Positions 17,554 through 26,141 of a DNA stretch of 64,000 nt are shown one piece after another; within the stretch, counting starts at the first letter, position 1, and every line of letters begins with the position of its first letter. The notes beneath the pieces were generated by a model. That model ran no database searches and was not told the DNA's origin. It saw only the letters and a list, made by a program, of their open reading frames with translations. This stretch comes from a virus. The position numbers and the translations under genes were made by a program. The stretch covers positions 1 to 64,000 of the IMG/VR virus record IMGVR_UViG_3300042987_002978; one strand, written 5' to 3'.

Positions 17554-18049
17554 TTAGTTTCTCTCTTGCTCTGTCTTCTTTGGGGTCACGGACTTCCCAC
17601 TGGCCGCGCTGAATCTTGCGGAAGTACGGTGATGTCTTCACGTAGTTCAGTACGGTCTGGTAGGAGAATCCTGATATCTCCACGAGTTGCTCGGTCGTCA
17701 CCTCGTGGTATGTGTTCTTCTTGGCCCACTCTTCGAGGGCCTTCCACTTGTCCGCGCGCTTTACTGGCTTGGCTTCCTCGGCCTCGACCAGTTTTTGTTT
17801 TCCCAGAAACGACGGAATAAGTATTTCTATGACGTTGCGAGAAAGCGAGTACTCGCCCATGAACCGCACAGGATTGCCCTGACTGCCGCGCGCCTGCCAC
17901 GCCTGGATGACGTAGAGGCCCCGGACGAGTTCTGCGATGCGCTGCTGCTCGTCACGGGGGACCTTGAAGGCAGTCCCGTGCCGCTCGACGGCGCTCTTCC
18001 AGAGGTCGGCTTGGTAGTTGTGTACGACTTCGTCACTGATTGTTTTCAT
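17546..18049 (-). CDS. hypothetical protein with possible C-terminal winged helix
   Basis: start MKTISDE after GGGGAGG; TTEQLVEISGFSYQTV. Confidence 0.65.
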   Translation of the reverse strand: MKTISDEVVHNYQADLWKSAVERHGTAFKVPRDEQQRIAELVRGLYVIQAWQARGSQGNPVRFMGEYSLSRNVIEILIPSFLGKQKLVEAEEAKPVKRADKWKALEEWAKKNTYHEVTTEQLVEISGFSYQTVLNYVKTSPYFRKIQRGQWEVRDPKEDRAREKLNG

Positions 18050-18291
18050 ATAGTGCCTCCCCATGAGTAAACACCGTCGATTAAAGCCATTTTCCAGAAG
18101 GCATCTCCCGACAATCCGCCGAGACACACCTGACAAACCCACGCGCCGCTTTCCTGCTCGATGAGAACAGGCCTGGGCTGCGCGCACGAATCGCACTCAC
18201 TGCCTGGTTCGTGCCCGACAGTCACGGTGTATGTGACGAGCGGGGTCGACTTACGCGAGTGACGACTGGGCCTTTTCTTATGGCGGGCCAT
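18046..18291 (-). CDS. Zn-ribbon hypothetical protein
   Basis: CDSC...WVCQVC; start uncertain. Confidence 0.5.
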   Translation of the reverse strand: MARHKKRPSRHSRKSTPLVTYTVTVGHEPGSECDSCAQPRPVLIEQESGAWVCQVCLGGLSGDAFWKMALIDGVYSWGGTI

Positions 18292-18573
18292 ATACGCATC
18301 CATCCTTTCAAGAGTTGGAACGGGGTTGGGAAATAGTTGAATCGCAGGACTTTCCAAATCGATGCGTGAACCGCAGCAATTGGATAAATGATTGCCCACA
18401 TGTACATGCCAAAGGCCAGTGGCCAAGGCAGGCCCATGGCGGGCGAATTGAATGCGAACGTCGCGATGATTCCGTACTGGAACCATCTATTCGCAAAAAG
18501 TTTTTTCAGGAAGTTACCTCCATTGAGTTGTTATCACATTCTATCATATGGGTGTTACGGTCGAATTCCAACG

Positions 18574-18783
18574 TCAGACGTAAAGGTCCTTCCCGTTGCA
18601 GGAAAGCCAGTGCTCCAGCCAGTCGGTGGCCTGCCGGTACATGACGCCTTCGTACATCGGGTCAAAGTCGCCGCCGGAAATCTCTGGGAAACTCTCCACG
18701 ACGCTCGCCCAGAAGTGTTCGAGCGCTCTATCGACCGCTGCCTCAAGCCTGGCTTCCATCTCGATTTTGAGTATTGATGTCAT
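18574..18783 (-). CDS. hypothetical protein
   Basis: FWASVVESFPEISGGDFDP; RBS GAAAGG. Confidence 0.65.
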   Translation of the reverse strand: MTSILKIEMEARLEAAVDRALEHFWASVVESFPEISGGDFDPMYEGVMYRQATDWLEHWLSCNGKDLYV

Positions 18784-18958
18784 TGTCTTGCCTTTCATTA
18801 GGTTATACCTTGATTGTATCATGCTCTACCACACGTCACAACCTCCCGTGAAAGATTTCTGAGAAAAATTTCTTCCGGTAAAATGTTGGTTTCCGCGCCC
18901 GCTGCCGGTATAATTGATATCAACATGATGAATAAATACTCTTCGTTATTTCATTTTC

Positions 18959-19025
18959 TGCCCCTGTCCAAAAAAATGGTGTTCCAGCCAGAATGGTTTT
19001 ATTTTGCGCACCGCCGTTTCCTTGA
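18959..19025 (+). repeat. conserved ~65-bp element, copy 10
   Basis: TGCCCCTGTCCAAAAAAATGGTGTTCC-agccagaat-GGTTTTATT...CGTTTCCTTGA. Confidence 0.9.
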
Positions 19026-19034
19026 GGCCCTCTG

Positions 19035-19568
19035 ATGGCCCGGCCGCGCGACAGTCAACGCAGCCGGCTCTACGCGTCCGAGTGGGAGGTGTTCGGATGG
19101 TCAAAGGAGAAGTTCCGAGACATGGGGGAACTGGAGGAGTATCTCTGGAAAGTTTTAGAGCATCATGTGGTCCAGCGAAAATACCAAATGGCGCGGGACA
19201 TCGTATCTGGCACGCAGAGACTGAAGATATCCAACGGAGCCGGACACCGCAGGGCCTTGACCATACGACAGGAAGACAAAATCATCGTCTCATTCCCGCG
19301 CAAGATGCGCAGTGAGTGGGTGGTCGTGCACGAAATCGCCCACGTACTCACTCCTGCTGACGTCGCCGGACACGGAAGAGAGTTCTGCCGCACTTATCTG
19401 GAACTCGTAGGACTATTCTTCGGCGTCGAAACAAGAAACAAACTTAAGGCCGCGATGAAAAAACATAACTGCAAGTACTCAAAGACACACACACGCTGGA
19501 AAGGACCCATTCCTCAGGAGGAAAAAGACGCAATGCTCGCTAGATTGTTGGCCGGACGGAACAAATGA
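19035..19568 (+). CDS. HEXXH metallohydrolase, TIGR04338/Rv0185-like (SprT-like)
   Basis: RDSQRSRLYASE N-terminus; VVHEIAH...HGREFCRTYL. Confidence 0.8.
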   Translation: MARPRDSQRSRLYASEWEVFGWSKEKFRDMGELEEYLWKVLEHHVVQRKYQMARDIVSGTQRLKISNGAGHRRALTIRQEDKIIVSFPRKMRSEWVVVHEIAHVLTPADVAGHGREFCRTYLELVGLFFGVETRNKLKAAMKKHNCKYSKTHTRWKGPIPQEEKDAMLARLLAGRNK

Positions 19569-19942
19569 CGAATCACAAGTGGAACATCCTCAACATCATG
19601 CGGTTCTATAACCGAATCGGCAAGCAATTCAACGCCAAGGTGTACCTGGACTTCATCACACCGCACGAAGGTTCGAACGTAAAGAACAAGAAAGCACCGC
19701 CGCTGTCTGAAATCTATACATACATCCGTCGATACATCGCCAACGGATGGTGTGAGAGAGCCGGAGACAACGTCGTGATGACTCAGAAGGGTCTGATGGC
19801 CCTGATGGAGTGGGAAAAGAAGACCGCACTCGCACGCGCAGAGAAGCGCGAGCAGGATTATCTCGCGAAAGGGTTCGCGCGACCGAATACGCGCGGGCCC
19901 GACGGAAGTTATTTACCGGGAACACGCAAACCGCGCAAATAA
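19565..19942 (+). CDS. hypothetical protein
   Basis: ATGA-coupled ORF. Confidence 0.65.
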   Translation: MTNHKWNILNIMRFYNRIGKQFNAKVYLDFITPHEGSNVKNKKAPPLSEIYTYIRRYIANGWCERAGDNVVMTQKGLMALMEWEKKTALARAEKREQDYLAKGFARPNTRGPDGSYLPGTRKPRK

Positions 19943-19968
19943 TCCGGCGGTCAATCCGTCCGTCCGTC

Positions 19969-20004
19969 AAAAAAATGGTGTTCCAGACGGAATGGATTTA
20001 ATTT
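19969..20004 (+). repeat. conserved element, copy 11 (truncated)
   Basis: AAAAAAATGGTGTTCC-agacggaat-GGATTTAATT; lacks the TGCCCCTG head and GTTCCCTTGG tail. Confidence 0.8.
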
Positions 20005-20074
20005 CGCCTTTTCTTCAAAAAATTTCGCGCGCACAGACTCGTCGATTTTTTAGTTCTGAGCCCAAATTTCCGAA

Positions 20075-20629
20075 TCAGCGCTTGCGTGCGCCCTTCTTTG
20101 CCGGCTTATGTGCCCGCTTTTTTACGGGACGCTTACCCTTCTTGCCACCCGTTCCAGTTTTCTTGTTAGACTTGAGCGTGCGAGAGTATGCTAAAGTGTG
20201 CGATAATGTTTTGGATTGCGAACGTACCGGCAGTCTCGGCAGCGTCAGGTGCGGTGCCACCATCTCCGCCAGAGCGTCCGTGACTCTCTCGTTGACGTAG
20301 TTGAGACCCATCTTGCGTTCTTCTGCCGTACGGGGTGACAACTCTTCCAAGTGTTCTTCTGCGAGTTCGTTGATGGGGTTGACGTGACAGTGCATGAGTT
20401 CGTGTGTTATCGTTGAACGCATTACCGAAGGGTTCCACTTTCTCCACTCGTTGGAGAGGGTGAGTGTCGCCGTGTGCTGTGCGGGAGAGATTGATATCTC
20501 CGCCATCGCGACATCGCTGCAGTAAGTTTTTCCGAAGTTGATTGTCCAGTGGGCGAGTTTGAGTTCGCCTTGCAACTTGGCTACGTAGGCCTTGAGCCAC
20601 AGGGGATACCGGGTTTTGGTGAGAGGCAT
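20075..20629 (-). CDS. HEXXH metallopeptidase-like protein with basic tail
   Basis: TITHELMHCH. Confidence 0.7.
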   Translation of the reverse strand: MPLTKTRYPLWLKAYVAKLQGELKLAHWTINFGKTYCSDVAMAEISISPAQHTATLTLSNEWRKWNPSVMRSTITHELMHCHVNPINELAEEHLEELSPRTAEERKMGLNYVNERVTDALAEMVAPHLTLPRLPVRSQSKTLSHTLAYSRTLKSNKKTGTGGKKGKRPVKKRAHKPAKKGARKR

Positions 20630-20700
20630 GATTCTTGAGTGTAGGGCTATGGCTGTTGTATGCTGTAGATAGTACCGGCTGTATAGGGAGACTGTAGGAA

Positions 20701-21282
20701 ATGGCAATGGTCAAGGTGGCAGTAGTGGCTGACGGGATATCGGCCCGGACCCAGTTGTTCAGTCCTTCAGAGTGCTTGGCTATCACCGACTGGGCCATCC
20801 GCTACGCAGAAAGCCACGAGGGACTCGTCCACGCGCGTCAGGAGGCCTCCAGAAGCGTTCTAAGGCGCTGTAGGGAGTATTTGGTAGACCCACACGCCAT
20901 AACGTTTCCTGACGGCTCTAGCGTGGCTTCTAGGGTGTACGGGGCGTTTGCCGTAGGGAACGTCTGGGAACTGGAGTATTCCGAGGTTCCGTCCATCCGT
21001 GTGATGGAGTATCAGAGGGGCGACGGATATGGAGCCCATACGGATTGGTCGAATGGGGCGGCTCGGGAGCGCAAGTTGTCGATGACCTGCCAGTTGACCG
21101 CCGAGAAGAATTACGAGGGGGGCGATGTGGTTCTGTACGCAGGTCCGGAGGACTCGCCTATCTCCAGGGTTCAGGGGATGGCGACGGTCTGGCCTTCGTG
21201 GACCCTGCACGAGGTCCTTCCGGTGGATTCCGGGGTCCGGTACTCTCTGACTGCATGGGCACACGGGACTCCCTACCGATGA
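20701..21282 (+). CDS. 2OG-Fe(II) oxygenase (PKHD/P4H-like)
   Basis: HTD...RKLS...YEGG...[17 protein letters not shown]. Confidence 0.85.
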   Translation: MAMVKVAVVADGISARTQLFSPSECLAITDWAIRYAESHEGLVHARQEASRSVLRRCREYLVDPHAITFPDGSSVASRVYGAFAVGNVWELEYSEVPSIRVMEYQRGDGYGAHTDWSNGAARERKLSMTCQLTAEKNYEGGDVVLYAGPEDSPISRVQGMATVWPSWTLHEVLPVDSGVRYSLTAWAHGTPYR

Positions 21283-21779
21283 GCGACTTCTACTACAACT
21301 TGAAAACGCAGAAGCGGATATGGAAGTACATCAAGGTAGTGGAGGGTGACGGGTGCTGGGAGTGGCAAGGGCACGTCGACAAGAAGGGGTACGGGAGAAT
21401 CGGGTTCAACACCTTCCATAACCGGACTTGCATCAACGCTCACCGGGCGGTTTACGAGACGACAAACGGGAAAATACTTCCGAAGGGGATTCTGGTCTGC
21501 CACAAGTGCGATAACCGAAAGTGCTGCAGGCCGGACCATCTGTTCGAGGGAACGGCGGCGGACAACATGGCTGATTGCGCCAAGAAGGGCCGTCAGTCAA
21601 ACATGAAAAAGACTCACTGCAAACAGGGACATCCGTTCGACGAAAAGAACACTCGTTCTAGACAGACCAAGCACGCGCAGTGGAGAAGGTGCAGAGCGTG
21701 TGCGCGAAAGTGGAAGAGGGAATCTGAAGCACGGAAACGACAGAGGGAACTGCAGCAGAAACAAAGTGCCCTGTTTTGA
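21279..21779 (+). CDS. HNH homing-type endonuclease
   Basis: CWEWQG...AHR...[22 protein letters not shown]; KTHCKQGH...CRAC. Confidence 0.9.
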   Translation: MSDFYYNLKTQKRIWKYIKVVEGDGCWEWQGHVDKKGYGRIGFNTFHNRTCINAHRAVYETTNGKILPKGILVCHKCDNRKCCRPDHLFEGTAADNMADCAKKGRQSNMKKTHCKQGHPFDEKNTRSRQTKHAQWRRCRACARKWKRESEARKRQRELQQKQSALF

Positions 21780-21808
21780 ACACTGGGTCGGGAGAGTAAA
21801 CTTTCGGC

Positions 21809-22273
21809 ATGGTTGACGACAAGAAAATCCACAACCGCATCGTCCTTATGGACTTGAACGTGGCGCTGTCGTCAAACTTCGGCTCGATGTACCAGTACGG
21901 CTTTGAGGATTTCGTGAAGAACCACGAGAAGTATCGCCAGTGGATGGTGGAGTTGTTGCGGCCGGAGTTCGTCATCCTGATTACCGCACGGAACATCAAG
22001 TGGGCGATTCCGACTTTGAAGCGGATTGCCGACGAGACGCAGTGGCAGCCGAACGTGGCGCTGTTCAACGACACTGGCTACGACGGACAGGATGCTCCGA
22101 AAATCAAGGAGCACCAGATGCTGAACCACGTGTTCGAGAGTTACGGCACAGACCCGTCGATTTACCACGCCATCGATTCGAACTCAGGGACGCGGGCGAT
22201 GTACCGGCGTCTGGGTATCACGTCGGTCCACGACGCAGCGCGGCGGGGACGCTGGGCGAAACTTCCGTTCTGA
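21809..22273 (+). CDS. HAD-superfamily-like protein
   Basis: VLMDLN, LITAR, K, AIDS...RAMY resemble the phage HAD/PNK phosphatase fold. Confidence 0.55.
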   Translation: MVDDKKIHNRIVLMDLNVALSSNFGSMYQYGFEDFVKNHEKYRQWMVELLRPEFVILITARNIKWAIPTLKRIADETQWQPNVALFNDTGYDGQDAPKIKEHQMLNHVFESYGTDPSIYHAIDSNSGTRAMYRRLGITSVHDAARRGRWAKLPF

Positions 22274-22283
22274 CAAGGAGAAA

Positions 22284-22811
22284 ATGAAAAAATTCAGTTT
22301 GGAAGTCCCATACGTGATTTCCAAGTTCGCGCGCCACGAGGAAATCAAGGAGAAGTTGCTGGAGTTGATTGGCAAGGCTTCGGCAATCAATATCTATGAC
22401 AGGGAGAACAACGTCTACATTTCTCGGACTGACTGGCTGCTTAAGGGAACTGCACGGCGCGAATATTTTGAGTTCATAAACCCGATGATGACGGAGCACA
22501 TTTCTCCAATAATGAAGGGATTAGACCACGACGGTTTTATCGTAGGTTCTTACTGGTTCCAGCAATATTTGAAAGATGACACGCACAACTGGCACCAACA
22601 TAGAGGGGCAAGTTGGTCAAACGTCTATTACGTCGAACTTGGCGACGGCGCACCACGCACGACTTTCAGGAATCCGGTGAATAGGGAGGAGGTGGTGACT
22701 CCTGAAGTACAGGAAGGCGACGTTCTAACGATGCCGGGATTCATTTGGCATTGTTCGCAGCCGAACCGTTCAGAGGGTCGAAAGACGGTCTACGTGTTCA
22801 ACGTGCGCTAG
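22284..22811 (+). CDS. putative 2OG-Fe(II) oxygenase
   Basis: WFQQY..D.H.WH.H...SNVYY...H.S.PN.S..RK. Confidence 0.75.
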   Translation: MKKFSLEVPYVISKFARHEEIKEKLLELIGKASAINIYDRENNVYISRTDWLLKGTARREYFEFINPMMTEHISPIMKGLDHDGFIVGSYWFQQYLKDDTHNWHQHRGASWSNVYYVELGDGAPRTTFRNPVNREEVVTPEVQEGDVLTMPGFIWHCSQPNRSEGRKTVYVFNVR

Positions 22812-23017
22812 TAATCCTCGGAGTAACCCTTCTTCTTTTCTTGCCACGCTCTCATGCGCGCGAGTTCCGGGTTGTATCTCTCGTAGAGACTCTGCATCGA
22901 GCGGCGGTAGGCGCGAGAGGCGTTGTCGAAGCCCATCAATTTTTTTGCTTTGTTGTATTCGTTCAGGATGTTCATCCTGTTGACCAGAGGCGGGATGTCG
23001 ATGTCGATGTCCATCAA
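22808..23017 (-). CDS. hypothetical protein
   Basis: ORF. Confidence 0.5.
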   Translation of the reverse strand: MMDIDIDIPPLVNRMNILNEYNKAKKLMGFDNASRAYRRSMQSLYERYNPELARMRAWQEKKKGYSEDY

Positions 23018-23032
23018 GTCAGGCTACCGGCG

Positions 23033-23239
23033 TCACTCTTCTTCTTCGCGCCTGCTCTTCTTTGACTTCTTGCCGACCGGGCCGTGCAAGTCGTGCGTGC
23101 GCAGCGGGTCTCCGTACGAGAGGCGCTGGCGTTTCTTTCCTGCCTTGGTGCCGGGAACAATCTCGGTCTTGCCGGTGAGGTAGTTGAACCTTTCGCGCTG
23201 CTGTGCGCCGCGGCTGACCTTCTTGTTCTTCTTGCCCAT
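23033..23239 (-). CDS. small basic hypothetical protein
   Basis: ORF directly after speD. Confidence 0.6.
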   Translation of the reverse strand: MGKKNKKVSRGAQQRERFNYLTGKTEIVPGTKAGKKRQRLSYGDPLRTHDLHGPVGKKSKKSRREEEE

Positions 23240-23241
23240 GG

Positions 23242-23631
23242 CTAGATGCGCTGCCCGGTCTTCTCGATGACGAAGCCGTCTTCACGGTTGAGAACTACGT
23301 AGTTGTAATCCACCATGTCGAAGAACTTCTCGCATTCGGCCAAGACTTTGTCGACCGGAAGTGTCGAGCACGTGTACAAGTCAAACTGCACGCGCGCCGG
23401 AACTTCTTCGTCCCAGACATGAAAGGCGATGTGCGAAGTCTCGATGCACACGCACGCGGTGATTCCGCGGTTTCCTTCGCTTTCCACGTAGTAGGCATGA
23501 GGACCGGTCACAATCTTCATGCCGATTTTGTCAACTAGTTGTGTCAGCCAATCCGAGACGGACTCGACGCTGCGCGGTGGCTGATAGGCCTGACCGTTGA
23601 GCAAAAGGTGGTTGTGCAAGATGTTTGTCAT
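23242..23631 (-). CDS. speD: S-adenosylmethionine decarboxylase proenzyme
   Basis: HLLL, GITACVCIETSHIAFHVW, FDLYTC. Confidence 0.85.
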   Translation of the reverse strand: MTNILHNHLLLNGQAYQPPRSVESVSDWLTQLVDKIGMKIVTGPHAYYVESEGNRGITACVCIETSHIAFHVWDEEVPARVQFDLYTCSTLPVDKVLAECEKFFDMVDYNYVVLNREDGFVIEKTGQRI

Positions 23632-24094
23632 GTGCCAGTGCCTTTATGAACTTGATGTCTTCCGGATGGACAATATAGTCGACAACCTTCCTATACTTCA
23701 CAAAGGATGACCTGACATTCCACGTTCTCTTGTTGTGGATTTTCCAGAAGGTGCCGAGAAGCGCCCTGGCAGTTTCCGGGAAGCCTCCCCAGATTCCGAG
23801 GGGTTCGTGTTCCAGCGAGTACATCAGGCACTCTCCGCGAATCGGGCAGAGCCGGCAGATTGCCACGGCCTGCTTCTGCTTTTCCAGGTCCTTCTTGGAG
23901 TACGAGCCGTTATTAGAAATCGGGAACCACAGCGAAACGTCCTGGCCTTCGCACGAGCCGCCTTTCGGAGCGCGGGCAGCATCGTCCAGGAGGTACTTGT
24001 TGTTCTGCAAGAACGAGTCCTGCGGAACGTGCGCTCGCTCTTTCGGGCACACTTCGAATGCGCCGTTTTCTCTCATCCTGTTTTGACTGACCAT
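23531..24094 (-). CDS. whiB: WhiB family transcription regulator
   Basis: C...WFP...AICRLCPIRGECL.YSL..E..GIWGG. Confidence 0.9.
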   Translation of the reverse strand: MVSQNRMRENGAFEVCPKERAHVPQDSFLQNNKYLLDDAARAPKGGSCEGQDVSLWFPISNNGSYSKKDLEKQKQAVAICRLCPIRGECLMYSLEHEPLGIWGGFPETARALLGTFWKIHNKRTWNVRSSFVKYRKVVDYIVHPEDIKFIKALAHDKHLAQPPFAQRSGLSATAQRRVRLGLADTTS

Positions 24095-24106
24095 TTCGTT
24101 CTCCGT

Positions 24107-24323
24107 TCAGTTGTTGCGGTTATCGTACGACCACTTGTGGCGTTCTTCCAACATCAAGACCGCGATTTTGAACACCACGTCCTCCTCGAAGGTGAATATT
24201 CCGTTCGATGTGAGGATGTAGTGGATTTCGGACGGCGAGAACGTCTCGCACTCGCTGGGGTCGACCGAGTGGCTTTGTAAGGCTTGTGTGATTACGACCG
24301 CAGAGGCGTACATGCGCTGCCAA
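24107..24323 (-). CDS. hypothetical protein
   Basis: short ORF (MYASAVV...); start approximate. Confidence 0.5.
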
Positions 24324-24570
24324 TACTTAGCGCTGCCGCCTTCTGGACTAAAGGGTCGACCACCCTCTTTGAGAACAAATCAACCACGACATCCCAGGTT
24401 TCTTGGGACGGTGCCGGGAATCCCGCTTGTGCTGCGAGTTTGACTCTGTTCTTGATGTCCATGTTCCGGACCGTGAACGGCTTGAGGCCTAGTTCCTCGA
24501 TTCGGTCGACTATTTTCACTGCCTTGAAGAAGCGGTTCTGCCTCTTGTACGGATTGTCTTCAATCTCCAA
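24292..24570 (-). CDS. hypothetical protein
   Basis: LAAQAGFPAPSQETW motif. Confidence 0.6.
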   Translation of the reverse strand: MEIEDNPYKRQNRFFKAVKIVDRIEELGLKPFTVRNMDIKNRVKLAAQAGFPAPSQETWDVVVDLFSKRVVDPLVQKAAALSIGSACTPLRS

Positions 24571-24766
24571 ATGGAATCTCTTTTTCCTTGTTGGGCGACC
24601 ACATTAAAGTGCGGGTCTTCTTTGTTTGCTCAATCGTATTCTTGATTTGTTCTTTCATCAACTCTTCGTGCGCTCCCATTGCCATGGCAACGATGATGAC
24701 GATGGCCATGCAGATAAATGCAGCAAGCCACCCAAAGATAGCCATCAATAAAAGAAACAGCGTCAT
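24560..24766 (-). CDS. small membrane protein
   Basis: hydrophobic N-terminal helix. Confidence 0.55.
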   Translation of the reverse strand: MTLFLLLMAIFGWLAAFICMAIVIIVAMAMGAHEELMKEQIKNTIEQTKKTRTLMWSPNKEKEIPFGD

Positions 24767-25047
24767 TCGAGCGGAGCGCGACCGCCGGCGATTATTTTGC
24801 GGGCGAGGGCGACCATCTGCTGGATGAGGGGCTTGGACACTGTTAGTTCTCCTGCCATGGCGGAGTATGAAAGTCCGTCACCGTCGTTGCCACCGAACTC
24901 GCACGACTCCTTGATTGCTAGGGCGCGGAGTTCAATGATGTTGCGGCGAATCTCAGCGACGTTCGGCAGAAGTTCGTAGTGCAGGACGCGCGCACGCTCG
25001 ACTGGGTCAGTTATCTTCTGAACCTCTTTGATTTTGCTCTCAATCAT
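24763..25047 (-). CDS. hypothetical HTH-like protein
   Basis: GLSYSAMAGELTVSKPLIQQMV. Confidence 0.55.
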   Translation of the reverse strand: MIESKIKEVQKITDPVERARVLHYELLPNVAEIRRNIIELRALAIKESCEFGGNDGDGLSYSAMAGELTVSKPLIQQMVALARKIIAGGRAPLE

Positions 25048-25050
25048 GTC

Positions 25051-25422
25051 CTACTCCAACTCGGTTATTTCGACTGTTGCCTTGCTTTCGCCGGATACAA
25101 CAGGTGCTTCGAATATCAGTCTACGCACAGTATCCGGTCCATCGCCAATAAGGATGCCGGCATCAACAAGCCCGTCAATCATGGCTTTTACGACCGGGAA
25201 ATGGCCACCCACGTCTGCCAGACCGCGTCTGTTGACGCGATGGGGGGTGAATCGGACCTCGATTGCCTTCATCTTCGGGATGCGGCGGGCCTTGGCAGCC
25301 ACGCACGCTGCGTCTCTCCATTCCTTGACCTTCTTAGCGCGGGTGAAGTGATGCAATGTTCTTTCCTTGTTCAAGGTCCACATTTCTCCCCAAACTTCGA
25401 GTGTGTAAGTCTTTTTGCTCAT
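25051..25422 (-). CDS. RusA-like Holliday junction resolvase
   Basis: D.GG.FP..KAMIDGLVDAGILIGD. Confidence 0.7.
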   Translation of the reverse strand: MSKKTYTLEVWGEMWTLNKERTLHHFTRAKKVKEWRDAACVAAKARRIPKMKAIEVRFTPHRVNRRGLADVGGHFPVVKAMIDGLVDAGILIGDGPDTVRRLIFEAPVVSGESKATVEITELE

Positions 25423-26141
25423 TTTGTGGCCATCCATCCAGCAAAGTTGAGACACTGCCAGAAGCGCTGCACGTTGGAGAATCCGGCGTCCTTGAGCATC
25501 GCTTCGTTCTCTGAAGCCCGGAGGGGTACAAGGACTCCTTGCAACGACTTTCGCTTGGCCTCGATTTGTTCGGCTGTATAACCCTTTTCGCTCTTGTAGT
25601 TGTGATAAATGTCAACCAGCAAACCCTGCGAAGCAGGGGTCTCACCGAGTACTTTCTCAACGACAATAAACACCCCATCGTATGAAAGACCCTTATGAAC
25701 ATTTTGATAGAACTCTTGGCGGACATCGAGCGGAATGAACTGCGCCGTCAAAACCGACGTTATGACCGTATATTTGCCGGGCGTGATTTCAATACTGGTC
25801 ATGTCACCCAAAACAAAGTTGACGTTGTCAAAATCCCGAAAAAGTTCTTCGGCAGCAAGAATCATCTCTTGCGAAGAGTCGACTCCAACGCAACCGACTT
25901 CAACTTTGGCATCAAGGGAGTCAAGTACGTCGTAGATGGTGTCACCACGGGAACAGCCAAGGTCAAGTAAATACTGCCCGCTTTGTTCGGTATTTAGAAA
26001 TCTGTTGGCCACTCTCACGACAGATTCACGCATTGTTCCATATCCGGGGATTGAGCGTGAAATCATGTCTGGGAATACGGATGTAACTGCCTCGTCAAAC
26101 TTCCACTTTCCTGTTGGAACAATGTTGTCTTTTCCGGTCAT
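25419..26141 (-). CDS. cmoA: CmoA-like carboxy-SAM synthase / SAM-dependent methyltransferase
   Basis: WKFDEAVTSVFPDMISRSIPGY, LDLGCSRG, TAQFI, VVEK, KRKSLQGVL, FWQCLNFAG. Confidence 0.8.
   Translation of the reverse strand: MTGKDNIVPTGKWKFDEAVTSVFPDMISRSIPGYGTMRESVVRVANRFLNTEQSGQYLLDLGCSRGDTIYDVLDSLDAKVEVGCVGVDSSQEMILAAEELFRDFDNVNFVLGDMTSIEITPGKYTVITSVLTAQFIPLDVRQEFYQNVHKGLSYDGVFIVVEKVLGETPASQGLLVDIYHNYKSEKGYTAEQIEAKRKSLQGVLVPLRASENEAMLKDAGFSNVQRFWQCLNFAGWMATK

Larger units (their letters stand above)
422..18842 (-). promoter_or_regulatory. about 30 sigma-70/SigA-type early promoters TTG(C/T)NA-N17-TA(C/T)ANT, often with extended TG
   Basis: e.g. 1348-1376, 1691-1719, 2481-2509, 3128-3156, 5402-5430, 6535-6563, 8818-8846, 11124-11152, 16894-16922. 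Confidence 0.85.

Noticed and set aside
576-20001. ORF-track peptides containing LPQKMVF / KNGVP / EHHF
   Set aside because: These are translations of the non-coding repeat in different frames, with no consistent start or frame.
607-20004. CRISPR array interpretation of the ~65-bp repeats
   Set aside because: Copies are 1-4 kb apart with whole genes between them, are internally variable, and no cas genes are present.
607-20004. Integron attC or dif-module interpretation
   Set aside because: No long imperfect palindrome or RYYYAAC/GTTRRRY ends, no XerC/D consensus, and no recombinase in the window.
21279-21779. Group I intron or intein around the HNH gene
   Set aside because: Flanking genes are intact and closely spaced, so it is a free-standing HNH.
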